Shown: positions 10,681-23,191, numbered from the whole stretch's first letter. The stretch: DNA of 63,749 nt, filler included, from Octopus bimaculoides (GCF_001194135.2; 5 parts of 5 records of this genome joined end to end with filler, not necessarily neighbours in it); one strand, 5' to 3'. Numbers and translations are program-made. Notes: a model not told the origin generated them from the letters alone.

Positions 10681-12280
10681 AATGTATGAGATTACGTTTA
10701 TTTGCAATAAGACATAAACACTCTCATATACCAATATATATACATAAACATGAAAAAACAAAAAGCAGATGGGCAATAAATACATTCTTCTATACATATA
10801 TGCATTCATTATGTATATTTATATACACGATTATATACATGTATGCATATATATATGTGTGTCTGTGTACATAAGTATATATGTATATATATATNNNNNN
10901 NNNNNNNNNNNNNNNNNNNNNNNNNNNNNNNNNNNNNNNNNNNNNNNNNNNNNNNNNNNNNNNNNNNNNNNNNNNNNNNNNNNNNNNNNNNNNNNNNNNN
11001 NNNNNNNNNNNNNNNNNNNNNNNNNNNNNNNNNNNNNNNNNNNNNNNNNNNNNNNNNNNNNNNNNNNNNNNNNNNNNNNNNNNNNNNNNNNNNNNNNNNN
11101 NNNNNNNNNNNNNNNNNNNNNNNNNNNNNNNNNNNNNNNNNNNNNNNNNNNNNNNNNNNNNNNNNNNNNNNNNNNNNNNNNNNNNNNNNNNNNNNNNNNN
11201 NNNNNNNNNNNNNNNNNNNNNNNNNNNNNNNNNNNNNNNNNNNNNNNNNNNNNNNNNNNNNNNNNNNNNNNNNNNNNNNNNNNNNNNNNNNNNNNNNNNN
11301 NNNNNNNNNNNNNNNNNNNNNNNNNNNNNNNNNNNNNNNNNNNNNNNNNNNNNNNNNNNNNNNNNNNNNNNNNNNNNNNNNNNNNNNNNNNNNNNNNNNN
11401 NNNNNNNNNNNNNNNNNNNNNNNNNNNNNNNNNNNNNNNNNNNNNNNNNNNNNNNNNNNNNNNNNNNNNNNNNNNNNNNNNNNNNNNNNNNNNNNNNNNN
11501 NNNNNNNNNNNNNNNNNNNNNNNNNNNNNNNNNNNNNNNNNNNNNNNNNNNNNNNNNNNNNNNNNNNNNNNNNNNNNNNNNNNNNNNNNNNNNNNNNNNN
11601 NNNNNNNNNNNNNNNNNNNNNNNNNNNNNNNNNNNNNNNNNNNNNNNNNNNNNNNNNNNNNNNNNNNNNNNNNNCACACACACACACACACGCGCGCACA
11701 GAGACATACATACACACACAAACACACACACATATATATAAGTTGTTTTTGCAAAAAATACTTCATAAAGTCACAATATTTCAAGAAAGATTTTCTTAAA
11801 AGTTATTAGCTATTTAAAAAATATATAAAAACAGAACGACACGAATTTTTGAGAAAGAAGTTTTCGTATTGTGTGTATAAGCGCTTTCGTTGATCAGTTT
11901 TTCAGACACACGTATTATGAGGGATTCTGTATATAGGAAGAGGTCTTTTTAAGTGCGGCAACAAACCAACTGAAAAAAAAAAACTGCTAAGTTTGTAATT
12001 ATCATATTTTACGGCATGAAAGACGCACTTGGATAGTAGCATTTGTCACAGAACACTGTTTCCTGGGAAGTATCCTTTTTTTTATTTTTGAGAACACCCG
12101 TCTCCGAATAAAATAGCTACTATTAGAAGGCAACACTCTGTCGCTCCGCTTGGGAGGTTGTGCTTTTGCTTCTTCCTCTCACAAAACCGATCCAAACCAA
12201 TTTACTCTATCTTTGAACTGTTTATAGACATAGTCGGGTAATATAGAATGACTAAAGGGTTTCAATGTGAACAAAGTAAG

Positions 12281-12522
12281 GTTCCTTTCCGAGTCATACA
12301 GACTCATAGGGCCGGTTTCCCGGTTCCCATGGGGTTTATTATCTCCACTGGGACGGGACGCCGGTCCGTCGTAGGATTACTCATTTTGTCAGCTGAGTAG
12401 ATTGGACCAACGTGAAATGAAGTGTTTTGCTAAAGAACACAACGTTTCGCCTGGTTTAGGAATCGAAACCACAATCTTACAATCATGAGCCCAACATCCT
12501 AACCACTAAGCCAAGCGCCTCC
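12281..12522 (-). mobile_element. SINE family D (different tRNA head, GTGTTCTT.AGCAA.ACACTT core, CGTCCCGTCC..AAACCGGCCC tail)
   Basis: tRNA A/B-box-like head. Core shared with 16651-16968; tail shared with 61319-61420. Confidence 0.8.
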
Positions 12523-12557
12523 GAAATTAAGAAATATCTTTTAATGTTTGCTCCTAC

Positions 12558-12811
12558 CTTATAGCCTGCTGTTGCATTATCGTTGATGTATTCTTTAATA
12601 AATGTTGACGAGCATATCGGTAGATTGTCGTTCACATTTTCAATGTCTATCTGTTGTATGGTGTTGCTAGATTTCATTGGAGTTCCTCTGTCCTGGGCAC
12701 TAACGTTCAAGTAAAACACAGGATCCGACATAGTCTCAAAATCTAATGGTTTAACAAGATGAATCTCTCCTGTGTTACTATTAATGGAGAAGGTTTTCGT
12801 AGGATCTCCTC
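12558..12811 (-). CDS. Cadherin exon 2 (GGDPTKTFSINSNTGEIHLVKPLDFETMSDPVFYLNVSAQDRGTPMKSSNTIQQIDIENVNDNLPICSSTFIKEYINDNATAGYK)
   Basis: ttcatttcag acceptor and AAG|gtagga donor; 254 nt (2 + 84 codons). LDFE, A-x-D-x-G-x-P and NVNDNxP motifs. Phase 1 in matches the previous exon; phase 0 out. Confidence 0.95.
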
Positions 12812-13561
12812 CTGAAATGAATTAAATAAACAACATCAAATATAGCGAATATCGGTTGTTCTGCTACTGTTGTTATTGTTGTTTTTTTTAGTCTAGCTTA
12901 GTCCTATGTCCCAGACCGTTCTAACCATGACTTTTACGTTGTTTTATACAGCTGGGACTATAGTGTCCAATGCTTCCTTCCTTATGTTTATATAATAAAA
13001 TATTCATGAGAATTTTTACTACTATTTATAGCATATTCAGCTACCAGGTCCCCTCATTGGTCCGCGAGGTTCACTTGATAGCCTCATTGGCCTTGTTGGT
13101 TTCTCATTTTTGATGTTGTTCTTGTTTAACCCCAGATGAAGCAGACCTACGATCAAAACATTCCGGCCATAACCATCCAGTTTTTATTTATATGTGCGGG
13201 GAGGGAACATAGGATCACCTTATCCACCGTGTCCTTTTTCTATATGACGGTCGGGTATGAGCTGAGCGTGATATAGTTACAAATTCTTGCAGACGAGCGA
13301 ACACAAAAGGGGCTCTTTCTTTGACTCGAGTTGATTTCGTTACTTACTTCGGTGAATGATTATTTTCAATAATATACATGTTTACGGATAGGTCGACTTG
13401 GACACGAACCAAAAACGATGATAGGATTAGAAATATTGATTTCATCGATCAGTAAAATGGCATCTTTAAAATTCGGACAGCGTCAGCTATTTACACATTA
13501 AAAAAAAGAAAGCATTTTACATTCGAGTAATTTTTTTTATTCTTTGCGGATTACTTTATAC

Positions 13562-13914
13562 CAGGGGTCTTAACCATTTTTTAAAATCTATAGACCCCTT
13601 TGATTATTGTTTTATTCTGGTGGACCCCTGTAACCTTTTGATGTCTAAAAAGTTGTTTTATCGATACTTCTTTCAAAATTCCTATTTTGCCTTTCATACA
13701 TTAACTTGTGTAGGTTGAAATGACAGAGAGATAAATGTAGCTGCTTCTTGCAATAAATACACCTCCAGCAAAATGTTTTCTTGCACTCTTAATACATCAT
13801 TGTGGATCCCCAGTTTACCATTTTGCTTGTATGGATCCCTCACTCTCCCCTCCCCCTCCCCCCAATTTTAAATGGACCACAAGGGATCATATGAACCCCG
13901 GTTGAGAACTACTG
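13562..13914. mobile_element. hAT-type MITE
   Basis: TIRs CAGGGGTCTTAACC / GGTTGAGAACTACTG; 8-bp TSD CTTTATAC / TTTTATAC (7 of 8 match). Confidence 0.85.
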
Positions 13915-13977
13915 TTTTATACGACTTGTGATTAAATTCGTTTCGATTTTACCCTTTTAGAATGAGTTTAGATCAGA

Positions 13978-14302
13978 CCCATATCAGACATTGCTTGCCT
14001 TATGTATTCAAAAAGTGATTTTCAGCAATGGAAGCCGCAAGAAATATTCATTTTGTTTAGGAAATGAAGCTCTATGTATCCGGAGATGTCAACGATGGCT
14101 TGGTCAGTTTCGCTATAGAAATTTTTCTCTTGGAGATTCCCCTCAAGCTGGGTCGACCAAGTTCTGTCAATATTGAGCTTCTGAAAACCGTAGTTGAGAA
14201 AAATCCAAAGCAAACTGCATGAAAATTAGCAAAACAGTTCAGTTCAAGTCACACTTCGATCATAAAACAGCAAATTGCCGAACAAAATGGTTTCCGTAAG
14301 AT
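13978..14302 (+). mobile_element. Mariner transposase N-terminal remnant
   Basis: Frameshifted translation similar to HIRHCL.Y.FKK..SAMEAARNI..LGNEALCIRRCQRWL..F..RNFSL.D.P..GRP..VN.ELLK..VE.NP. Confidence 0.8.
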
Positions 14303-14330
14303 AGTGAATAGGAAAAAAATAAACAAATGA

Positions 14331-14715
14331 GGAGTGGCTGTGTGGTAAGTAGCTTGCTTACCAACCACATGGTTCCGGGTTCAGTCCCACTACGCGGCAC
14401 CTTGGGCAAGTGTCTTCTACTATAGCCTCGGGCCGACCAAATTCTTGTGAGTGGATTTGGTAGACGGAAACTGAAAGAAGTCCATCGTATATATATATAT
14501 GTATATGTGTGTGTGTATGNNNNNNNNNNAGCATTGCTTGACAACCGATGCTAGTGTGTTTATGTCCCCGTCACTAGCGGTTCGGCAAAAAGAGACCGAT
14601 AGAATAAGTAATAGGCTTACAAAGAATAAGTACTGGGATCGATTTGCTCGACTAAAAGCGGTGCTCCAGCATGGCCGCAGTCAAATGACTGAAACAAGTT
14701 AAAGAGTAAAAGAGA
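14331..14715 (+). mobile_element. SINE-C, complete two-part copy with an internal (TA)n(TG)n microsatellite
   Basis: Head and core at 14331-14490, then the microsatellite, then a 3' module ending GCGGTGCTCCAGCATGGCCGCAGTCAAATGACTGAAAC. Confidence 0.9.
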
Positions 14716-15013
14716 AAAAAAATTGTTCCATTCTTTCTTGGGGTTAAATGAGCTGGTTTTGAGCTTCAGTTAAATTACAGCCCAACAAAAATTAATTTAG
14801 ATAATAATCACTTGGTGCCTACTTCTATTCCCACAATTAACCGAAGTTAGACATTCAATAAAGGGAATAAAAACTGTATGGCTGTCATCTGTCACTAATG
14901 ACATAGAATGAAAAAGAGGCAGAGGAAAATAAAGACAACAATATAGAGAAAAAGGAAGGAAAGAAAAGGAGAGGAAAGAAAACTTAATAAGTAAAAATAT
15001 CGGTGAAACATAC

Positions 15014-15110
15014 CTATTATCGAGTAAATGATTTCACCATCTTTACCAGAATCCAAGTCCTTAGCTGTTAAGATAATGACTGAATCTCCCACCGGATGAT
15101 CTTCAGGAAT
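15014..15110 (-). CDS. Cadherin-repeat gene, internal exon 1 of 4 seen (IPEDHPVGDSVIILTAKDLDSGKDGEIIYSII-G)
   Basis: Minus strand: ttcgttatttaag acceptor, 97 nt (32 codons + 1), G|gtatgt donor. Contains the cadherin PE and DxDxG motifs. Phase 0 in, phase 1 out. Confidence 0.93.
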
Positions 15111-15164
15111 CTTAAATAACGAAAACAAAACAATATAACAAAAATAAATTAAATTTATCATACA

Positions 15165-15203
<39 letters not shown>

Positions 15204-15224
15204 AAGTATACGAGAAACTACCCT

Positions 15225-15370
15225 AGTTTCAAATTTTGGCACAAGGCCAGCAATTTCGGGGGAGGGAGTAAGTCGGTTACATCCCCCCCCCCCCNNNNNN
15301 NNNNNNNNNAGTGCTCACCTGGTACTTATTTTATCGACTTCGAAAGGATGAAAGGCAAAGTCGACTTCGG
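15225..15370 (-). mobile_element. SINE-A 3' fragment
   Basis: A-family core and GGCACAAGGCCAGCAATTTC tail. Confidence 0.8.
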
Positions 15371-15623
15371 ATGTATATATATATATATATATCATATATA
15401 AACATATGCATATATCCATACATATATGTACATACTTACATATATATGTGTATATACATGCATATATGGGTACAGGACATAAAAAAAACACGTTAAACAC
15501 AATGAGAAACAAAAACGAACTTTTTTTCGAGCAACGAAAAAAACAGAGAAACGAGACATGCAACATAAAGAGTACACCCCTTCGTCAGTTGTCCCTGTCT
15601 CATCTACTCCGCGTTATATATAC

Positions 15624-15689
<66 letters not shown>

Positions 15690-15729
15690 ACGTATTATAT
15701 ATACACACACACACATATATATAAACACA

Positions 15730-15968
15730 CCACCGGTTGTCAAGCGATGTTGGGGAGACAAACACAGACACACAAACATATACACACATATACATATATA
15801 TATATATACATATATACGAGAGGCTTCCGTCTACCAAATCCACTCACAAGGCTTTGGTCGGCCCGAGGCTATAGCAGAAGACACTTGCCCAAGGTGCCAC
15901 GCAGTGGGACCGAACCCGGAACCCTGTGGTTGGTAAGCAAGCTACTTACCACTCAGCCACCCCTGCGC
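15730..15968 (-). mobile_element. SINE-C with internal microsatellite
   Basis: Head at 15822-15968; start of the 3' module (GGTTGTCAAGCGATG) near 15735. Confidence 0.85.
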
Positions 15969-15971
15969 CTA

Positions 15972-16312
15972 TCCTTTCGGGGTCGATAAAATAAGTACCA
16001 GTGATCACTAGGGTTGATTTAACTTAGCCCTTCTCCCGAAATTGCTGTCCTTCTGCCAAAATTTGAAATCAATTTATTGAGGGCGTTTAAGGCGGTGAGC
16101 TGGTACAGTCGTTAGCACGCCGATCAAATTGCAGACGAAATACAAAGCGGCATTTCGTCTGTCTTTACGTTGTGAGTTCAAATTCCGCCGAGGTCGAATT
16201 TGCTTTTCTTCTCTTTCAGGATCGATAAAATAAATAAATACTGGTGTCGATTTAATCGACTTAGTCCCCTTCCCTGAAATTGCTGGCCTTGTACCAACCT
16301 TTGAAACCAATA
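15972..16312 (+). mobile_element. SINE-A 3' fragment followed by a full SINE-A
   Basis: Family core and tail occur twice (15972-16075, 16085-16312). Confidence 0.82.
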
Positions 16313-16650
16313 TATTGGAGTTGTTGATTGGATGGGGTGGGGGTACTGGTCAGCCCAATTTGCTTTTGTGTGGAGTCACGCACTGTCGTGCTAAATGTGG
16401 ATAGTTTTTATATTCTTGTTCTGTCTTTTCCTCATAACAGTTTCTGTCAACGTTCTCTACTCACGGTACAGCCACGTTCCAGAAAATAATGTAGGATGAC
16501 AACTTGCTATTCCTAAAATAGACATCGTAATTGTTCGCTCGCTGGAGAAAAGTTATGACGTCAATCTATAGATCGTTAACGGATCACAAAGGTACGGCCA
16601 TGTTTCATACCATTGTCACCAGATGGAAAGAAAAATCGCGTCTTCATTGT

Positions 16651-16968
16651 GAAGGCGCATGGTTTGATTGCTACAGTATTCGGCTTATGATCGTAAGGTC
16701 GTGAGTTCAATACCTGGTGGCACATTGTGTTCTTGAGCAAGACACTTTATTTCACGATGTTCCAGTCTACTCAGCTGACGAAAATGAGTAGTACCTGTCG
16801 TTCAAAGTGAAAGTCTTGTCACATTGTGTGTCATGCTGAATCTCATTGAGAATTACGTAAAGTGAACGCATGTCTGTGGAGTGCTCAACCACTTGCATGT
16901 AAATTTCACGAGCAGGCTGTTCCTTTGATCGGATCAACTGGAACCCTCGTCGTCGTAACTGACGGAGT
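16651..16968 (+). mobile_element. Chimeric SINE: D-type head and core with B-type 3' half
   Basis: The 5' part matches 12281-12522; the 3' part matches 4830-4990. Confidence 0.8.
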
Positions 16969-17029
16969 AAAGGTTACATTGACTCGAAATACTTCTAACG
17001 TATCAGAACAGAATTCCTTTTTCTCATTC

Positions 17030-17231
17030 ATATCAGGTGTCAACTCTGATACCCATCGTAGTTCGCCAGCTTCAGTGATTCATTGTGACCACAGACTTGT
17101 TGTGCAGCAAGCTCATGGAGTATGACTCGTCTGTTTATGTAAATCAATTTTTCTACTCGCTGCCGGTTAGTGTCGGTGGTCTCAGTTAACAGTCTCCCGC
17201 GTCGTTCTTGGCTTTCAATGTTGTATACCAC
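17030..17231 (-). mobile_element. Mariner transposase fragment (HTH region)
   Basis: RRGRLLTETTDTNRQRVEKLIYINRRVILHELA followed by a degenerate RWV motif. Confidence 0.65.
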
Positions 17232-17343
17232 TTTTTAGTTTGAAAGAAAAAAACCCCCAACAAATATCAATTGTTGTTCCCAGAAGTATGTATGGTAGAA
17301 ACCCCACTGGAATCATCATAGAAACATTAGATGAAAGGAGTGC

Positions 17344-17643
17344 TGTTGTTGTTGGCACTCCGTCGCTTACGACGTCGAGGGTTTCAGTTGATCCGATTAA
17401 CGGAACTGCCTGCTCGTGAAATTAACGTCCAAGTGGCTGAGCACTCCACAGACACGTGTGCCCTTAACGTAGTTCTCGGGGATATTCAGCGTGACACAGT
17501 GTGACAAGGCTGACACTTTGAATTACAGGCACAACAGAAACAGGAAGAAAGAGTGAGAGAAAGTTGCGGTGAAAGAGTACAGCAGGGTTCACCACCATCC
17601 CCTGCCAGAGCCTCGTGGAGCTTTAAGCGTTTTCGCTTAATAA
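17344..17643 (-). mobile_element. SINE-B, 5' end lost at the gap
   Basis: Matches 4700-4996. Confidence 0.9.
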
Positions 17644-17687
17644 NNNNNNNNNNNNNNNNNNNNNNNNNNNNNNNNNNNNNNNNNNNN

Positions 17688-17699
17688 TTAATTAATTAA
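17688..17699. other. Assembly spacer 44N-TTAATTAATTAA-44N
   Basis: The identical 100-nt construct occurs four times; the 12-mer has stops in all six frames. Confidence 0.9.
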
Positions 17700-18274
17700 N
17701 NNNNNNNNNNNNNNNNNNNNNNNNNNNNNNNNNNNNNNNNNNNAAATAAGACAAAAAAATTTTAAATAACACAAAAACAACTCTCGCAAAAATATAATAA
17801 AACTCTTACGAAAAGACATAACAACAAGAGAAAAAATAAAAAAAAACAGAACTTGAAAAAATATAATGAAACATAAAAAGGAAATAAAAAACGTAAAAAT
17901 AAAAAACGTAAAAATAATAAAAATAAGATAAAGAATAACTCCCGCGAAACTGTAAAAAAAAAAAAAACTCTTGCAAAAATATATAGCAACAAAAGGAAAA
18001 AATACAAAACAAAACCTGGGAAATATAATGAAACAAAAAGAAAAAAAAACGTAAAAATGTTTTCGAAAATTACTTGAAAAAGAAAATATCGGAAAAAATA
18101 ATTCAGCATAGGAGAATAAAATTTAGGGTTATTTATTCTCGAATCTATTGGAAGTTAATTTAAATAAAACACCATTAATTAAACGAATGAATGAAGAAAT
18201 AATATAAAATAAAAATTAAAAAAACAACAATAACTCCCTTCCCCCAACTGTAGAACGGGTTGTCAATGAGCCAA

Positions 18275-19272
18275 TGGGCGGCGAGGTGGCAAATTCGTTA
18301 GTTTATTGGACTAAATGTTTAGCGGCATTTCCTTCAGTTCTTTACGTTTCGAGTTAAAATCCGCTTAGGTCAAAATTGCCTTTAATCCCCAAAGTTTCCA
18401 TAAGATATAGTACCACTCAAATACTCTGAGACGATGTAACCGACTTGTTCATCTCCTCAAAAATTGCTAGCCTAGAGCCAAAATTTGCAGAATGGTCAAG
18501 AGTTGGGTAGAATGTTTTGCGGTGTTTGTTGTAGCTTCACTGTTTTCTGTGTTCAAATTCTACCAAGATCAACTCGAAACCTATCAATAAAGTACAAGAG
18601 GAGTACCGAATGCAACGAACCGGCAAAATCGTTAGTAAGTCGAACAAAACGTTTAGCGGGGTTTTCCCCAACTCTTTACGTTTTGAAATAAAATTCCGCC
18701 GAGGTCAACGTTGCATTCACCCCTGAGGATTCGATGAAATAGAATACCAGTCTACGTTATCGACTTGTTCATCCCTTCAAAAATTACTAGCCTTGAATCT
18801 ATGTAATCTATGAGTCTCACTAGCCGTGAGTCAAAATTTGCACAATTGTCAAGTGTCGGATAGAATGATTGCATATTCATTGTAGTTTCATTGCGTTTTG
18901 AATTGAGATTTTACCAAAATCAACTCGAAGCCCATAAATAAAGTACCAGTCGAGTACTGAAGGCGGCTAACTGGCAGAATCGGTAGCAGAATCGGCCATA
19001 ATGTTTAGTGACGTTTCTTCCAACTATTCCCGTTCTGATTTCGAATACCGGTGAGGTTAACTTTACCGTTCATCCCCTCAGGGTCGATAAAATAAAGTAG
19101 CAGTCAAGTACCGTGGTCGATATAATTGACTTGTCTCTTCCCCTCAAACATTATTGGCACTGACGGCGAACTGGGAGCCTCGTTAGAACGTCAGGTTAAA
19201 TGCTTAGCGGTATTTCGTCCGTCTTTAAGTTCTGAGTTCAAATTCCGCCGAGGTCGACTTTGCCTTTCATAT
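18275..19272 (+). repeat. Head-to-tail array of about 6 degenerate SINE-A units
   Basis: Repeated head/core/tail motifs; the spacer-like half at 18479-18610 recurs at 18831-18960. Confidence 0.8.
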
Positions 19273-19279
19273 ATGACAG

Positions 19280-19418
19280 GCTTTCAGTTTCCGTCTACCA
19301 AATCCACTCACAAGGCTTTGGTCTACCCGAGGCTATAGCAGAGGTGTCATGCAGTGGGACTGAATCCGGAACCATATGGCTGGGTAGCACGCTGCTTACC
19401 ACACAGCCACGCCTGTGC
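19280..19418 (-). mobile_element. SINE-C head and core abutting the last SINE-A unit
   Basis: Family C sequence begins where the A core stops after GCCTTTCAT. Confidence 0.85.
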
Positions 19419-20553
19419 CTACATACATATACATATACACACATGTATGTATATGTGAGTGTGTGTGGTTGCGCGTGCGAATGCATTTGTGTGCATGAGT
19501 ATGTGCGTTGAGTGTGTATACGTATGGGTTTGTATGAGTATATATATATGAGTGTGTGTATGCATTTCCTTGTATATTTCATAGGCATTTATATATGTAT
19601 TTATGCGCATGTATAATGCACATAAGCGCGCGCACGCATGCACGCACGCACGCACGCACGCACACACACATACAAACACACACACTTATAAATGCAAATA
19701 TGTGTATAAATATAATAGATGGAATGAATGTCTATGTATACAGATATGATATATACAATGTGTATGTGTATGTATGTATGTGTGAGTTTGTGTTTGTGTG
19801 AGTGTATGTGAGTGCATGTATGTATGCATACGTGTATGTATAGTAACATAGATGTTCCGTATGACTATATTTAGCTATTTGCATATACTTTCCAATTTTC
19901 AAATACGTACAGCTGCAGGTGAATATTTAATTAGCTTTACTTGAATTACCAAAAATAATAGTTTGTACAGTGACTCTATTTTTAGTGTTGAGTCTTCTTC
20001 CCATCATAAAAAGTTGTTCTGTTGTTATTCTTAAAACTTTTTTAACTGAAGGACCTTAAAATATTAATACACACACGCGCGCGAGCGCACACACATACAC
20101 ATTTCCAAGCACATACACACATGTCTATATATATACATATACTTCAACCTATTCATTTCTACACGCAGAAATATGTGAAACTGGTGGTATTGACTTGATA
20201 TAATGATATTTACCTGCACATATAACACAAATAAACAAACGCGTAGATACAGTCGAGCATCGGACTCTTTACCAAACTACTAGACCAACCGACCGTACCA
20301 GATTACACTCAAGGAAGATCAGCTGCTACTAAATTATAGTTTAACTTCCAGTCATAAACCTTCAAGAAAATTTAATAAAAAATTAAAACAAATTCTAATA
20401 AATAGACAGATAAATAAAAACAAAAATAATGTGGTGCTCTAGCATGGTCGCAGTCCATCGAATGAAACTACTAAAAGAAGAAAGCACTTTATGTATATGT
20501 ACATGCGTAACAACTCTTTATATATATTAGTATAAAAAGCCAATATATACATT

Positions 20554-20588
<35 letters not shown>

Positions 20589-21269
20589 NNNNNNNNNNNN
20601 NNNNNNNNNNNNNNNNNNNNNNNNNNNNNNNNNNNNNNNNNNNNNNNNNNNNNNNNNNNNNNNNNNNNNNNNNNNNNNNNNNNNNNNNNNNNNNNNNNNN
20701 NNNNNNNNNNNNNNNNNNNNNNNNNNNNNNNNNNNNNNNNNNNNNNNNNNNNNNNNNNNNNNNNNNNNNNNNNNNNNNNNNNNNNNNNNNNNNNNNNNNN
20801 NNNNNNNNNNNNNNNNNNNNNNNNNNNNNNNNNNNNNNNNNNNNNNNNNNNNNNNNNNNNNNNNNNNNNNNNNNNNNNNNNNNNNNNNNNNNNNNNNNNN
20901 NNNNNNNNNNNNNNNNNNNNNNNNNNNNNNNNNNNNNNNNNNNNNNNNNNNNNNNNNNNNNNNNNNNNNNNNNNNNNNNNNNNNNNNNNNNNNNNNNNNN
21001 NNNNNNNNNNNNNNNNNNNNNNNNNNNNNNNNNNNNNNNNNNNNNNNNNNNNNNNNNNNNNNNNNNNNNNNNNNNNNNNNNNNNNNNNNNNNNNNNNNNN
21101 NNNNNNNNNNNNNNNNNNNNNNNNNNNNNNNNNNNNNNNNNNNNNNNNNNNNNNNNNNNNNNNNNNNNNNNNNNNNNNNNNNNNNNNNNNNNNNNNATAT
21201 ATATGTATATATATATATATATATATATACATCTATAAATATATATTATATATGTCTACATATATATAC

Positions 21270-21315
<46 letters not shown>

Positions 21316-21629
21316 GCATATAAATCTATATACACACATATATGTAAGTATGTTTACATCCTAAGAAGTTAGAGACTTTGAGATATGTGAAATAAATTAT
21401 TTTTAGTGGTGGAACACGAAGTAGATAAAACAATAAATAACAGCGCGTAGAATATTGGGGTAAAAAAATCTCTTGGATAGAAGAAAAAAGTGTTTTAACC
21501 CAGTATTTCGACACCACATTGTTATTTATAGCTTTATCTACTTCGAGTTCCATCGTTAAAAATGTTTTATTTCATATCTCTGAAAGTTCCGATAAAATTT
21601 TAGTTGAAGTTCTATATTTGTTTAATGTA

Positions 21630-21857
21630 TTGGGTTGTCCGGAAAGCTCGTGCCGATTCATAGTAGCTTACCTTTCGACTTATTTGCCATGAAACCACCT
21701 CAATTCTGGGAAGAGGACATTTTCAAGTTAAAGGGAAGATGGAGACGCATTGTGCAACAAAACGGTTCATATTTGGTTGATTTAAAATGTAATAACAAAT
21801 ATTTATTGACCTTTTTCTTTCCATTAAAAATCGGCACGAACTTTCCGGACAACCCAA
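21630..21857 (+). mobile_element. Internally deleted mariner (228 bp)
   Basis: TIRs TTGGGTTGTCCGGAAAGCTCGTGCCGATT / AATCGGCACGAACTTTCCGGACAACCCAA, TA on both sides. Interior encodes the transposase C-terminus [23 protein letters not shown]. Confidence 0.93.
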
Positions 21858-21865
21858 TATTTTCC

Positions 21866-21867
<2 letters not shown>

Positions 21868-21960
<93 letters not shown>
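21868..21960. repeat. Compound (TATC)n(TGTC)n microsatellite
   Basis: Seen directly; similar tracts at 27640-27700, 37140-37320 and 58866-59160. Confidence 0.95.
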
Positions 21961-21962
<2 letters not shown>

Positions 21963-22300
21963 GTCTTAATGCTTTATCATATAAAAGCCATAAAGTGTTC
22001 AAAACATACTTATACGGGGGGAAGTGCGTCGAAACTAATGTAGCGTGTAGATTGGCCGCAGGTCAGTTGACTCGGTTAAACCATCGTCACGGGCCATTGG
22101 AAATGTCGGGTTGTTGTCCGTTTTAGTTTATATTGTTATTTTGTTTAATTTTTGCTTTTCACTTGTTGATGAGCTGTGTCGACTAGACAAATCTGATCTG
22201 CACAAATGCACAAATCTGAATATCTTTAGGCAGAGCACGTTGCATGTAATCCTCATTACCAATCAAACACATACACATATACATGAACGCACAGACGCAG

Positions 22301-22391
<91 letters not shown>

Positions 22392-22619
22392 CACACACAC
22401 ACACACACACATCCCCATAGACATCTATTTGTAAATTAGGGACTTTTTCTTCTGTAATGGAGAAAGAAGATACAATGTTAAAAACAAAATGGCTGAACTG
22501 TCTAATTAGATTACAACCTGTTCCGAGGCAACAGTCTAGACTATTTTCACAGTCATTGAAATGTCAAGTCTGCTTTTTCTCCGGCATTTTTCATCCTCAC
22601 TTAATTCTTTTATTAATCA

Positions 22620-23191
22620 TTATTCATTGTTCTTCGTATTCTTCTTGTATTTATTATCGCTGTTGCTCTTCTCGTTCTTCCTGTACATGCTGCTGTCCTC
22701 GCATTCATCATGGCTGCTGTTGTTGTCGTGATGTCGACGTTCATTTTGTTCAGAATATTTCCTTGAATTTGATTGGCTGCTCGAAGCTGTGTAGTGTTGT
22801 TGATAATGTTGGCAGTAACGGTAGTGATAATAGTGTTGTTGTTGTTGCTGCTGTTGGTGGCGTTGTTGTTGGTGGCAATGGTGGTGGTGTTGAGGCTAGA
22901 TGGTGGTGTCGATGGCATTATTATTGGTATTAATGATGCTGTTGCTCATGATGGTGGTGGTTGTGATGGTGGTGTTGGTGATCGGAGTGCTATGTTAGGA
23001 AGGAAATGATTGATCTGATATCGATTATCTATAGATTTTTGTATAGTTACATTCATCTTCTTCATTCTCAACTTGCTCTTCATCGTCGCCCTCACCAGCT
23101 TATTTCTCCCCCACCAACCAACAACAATGACTCACACCACCACCACCACCATCACCACCACCACCACCACCACCACCACCACCACCACCAC
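22620..23191. repeat. Degenerate trinucleotide region (GTT/GGT/GAT, then CAC)
   Basis: Low-complexity triplets ending in pure (CAC)n at about 23135-23191; stops interrupt the frames. Confidence 0.85.

Noticed and set aside
10560-10890. About 80-nt direct repeat 220 bp apart
   Set aside because: AT/microsatellite-like sequence; ordinary slippage duplication.
16441-16530. Strong plus-strand acceptor (16440) and minus-strand GTGAGT donor (about 16463)
   Set aside because: No frame gives a cadherin-compatible phase 0 exon or an extended ORF.
22457-23191. His/Thr/Asn-rich ORFs
   Set aside because: Degenerate trinucleotide repeats with stops and no splice support.
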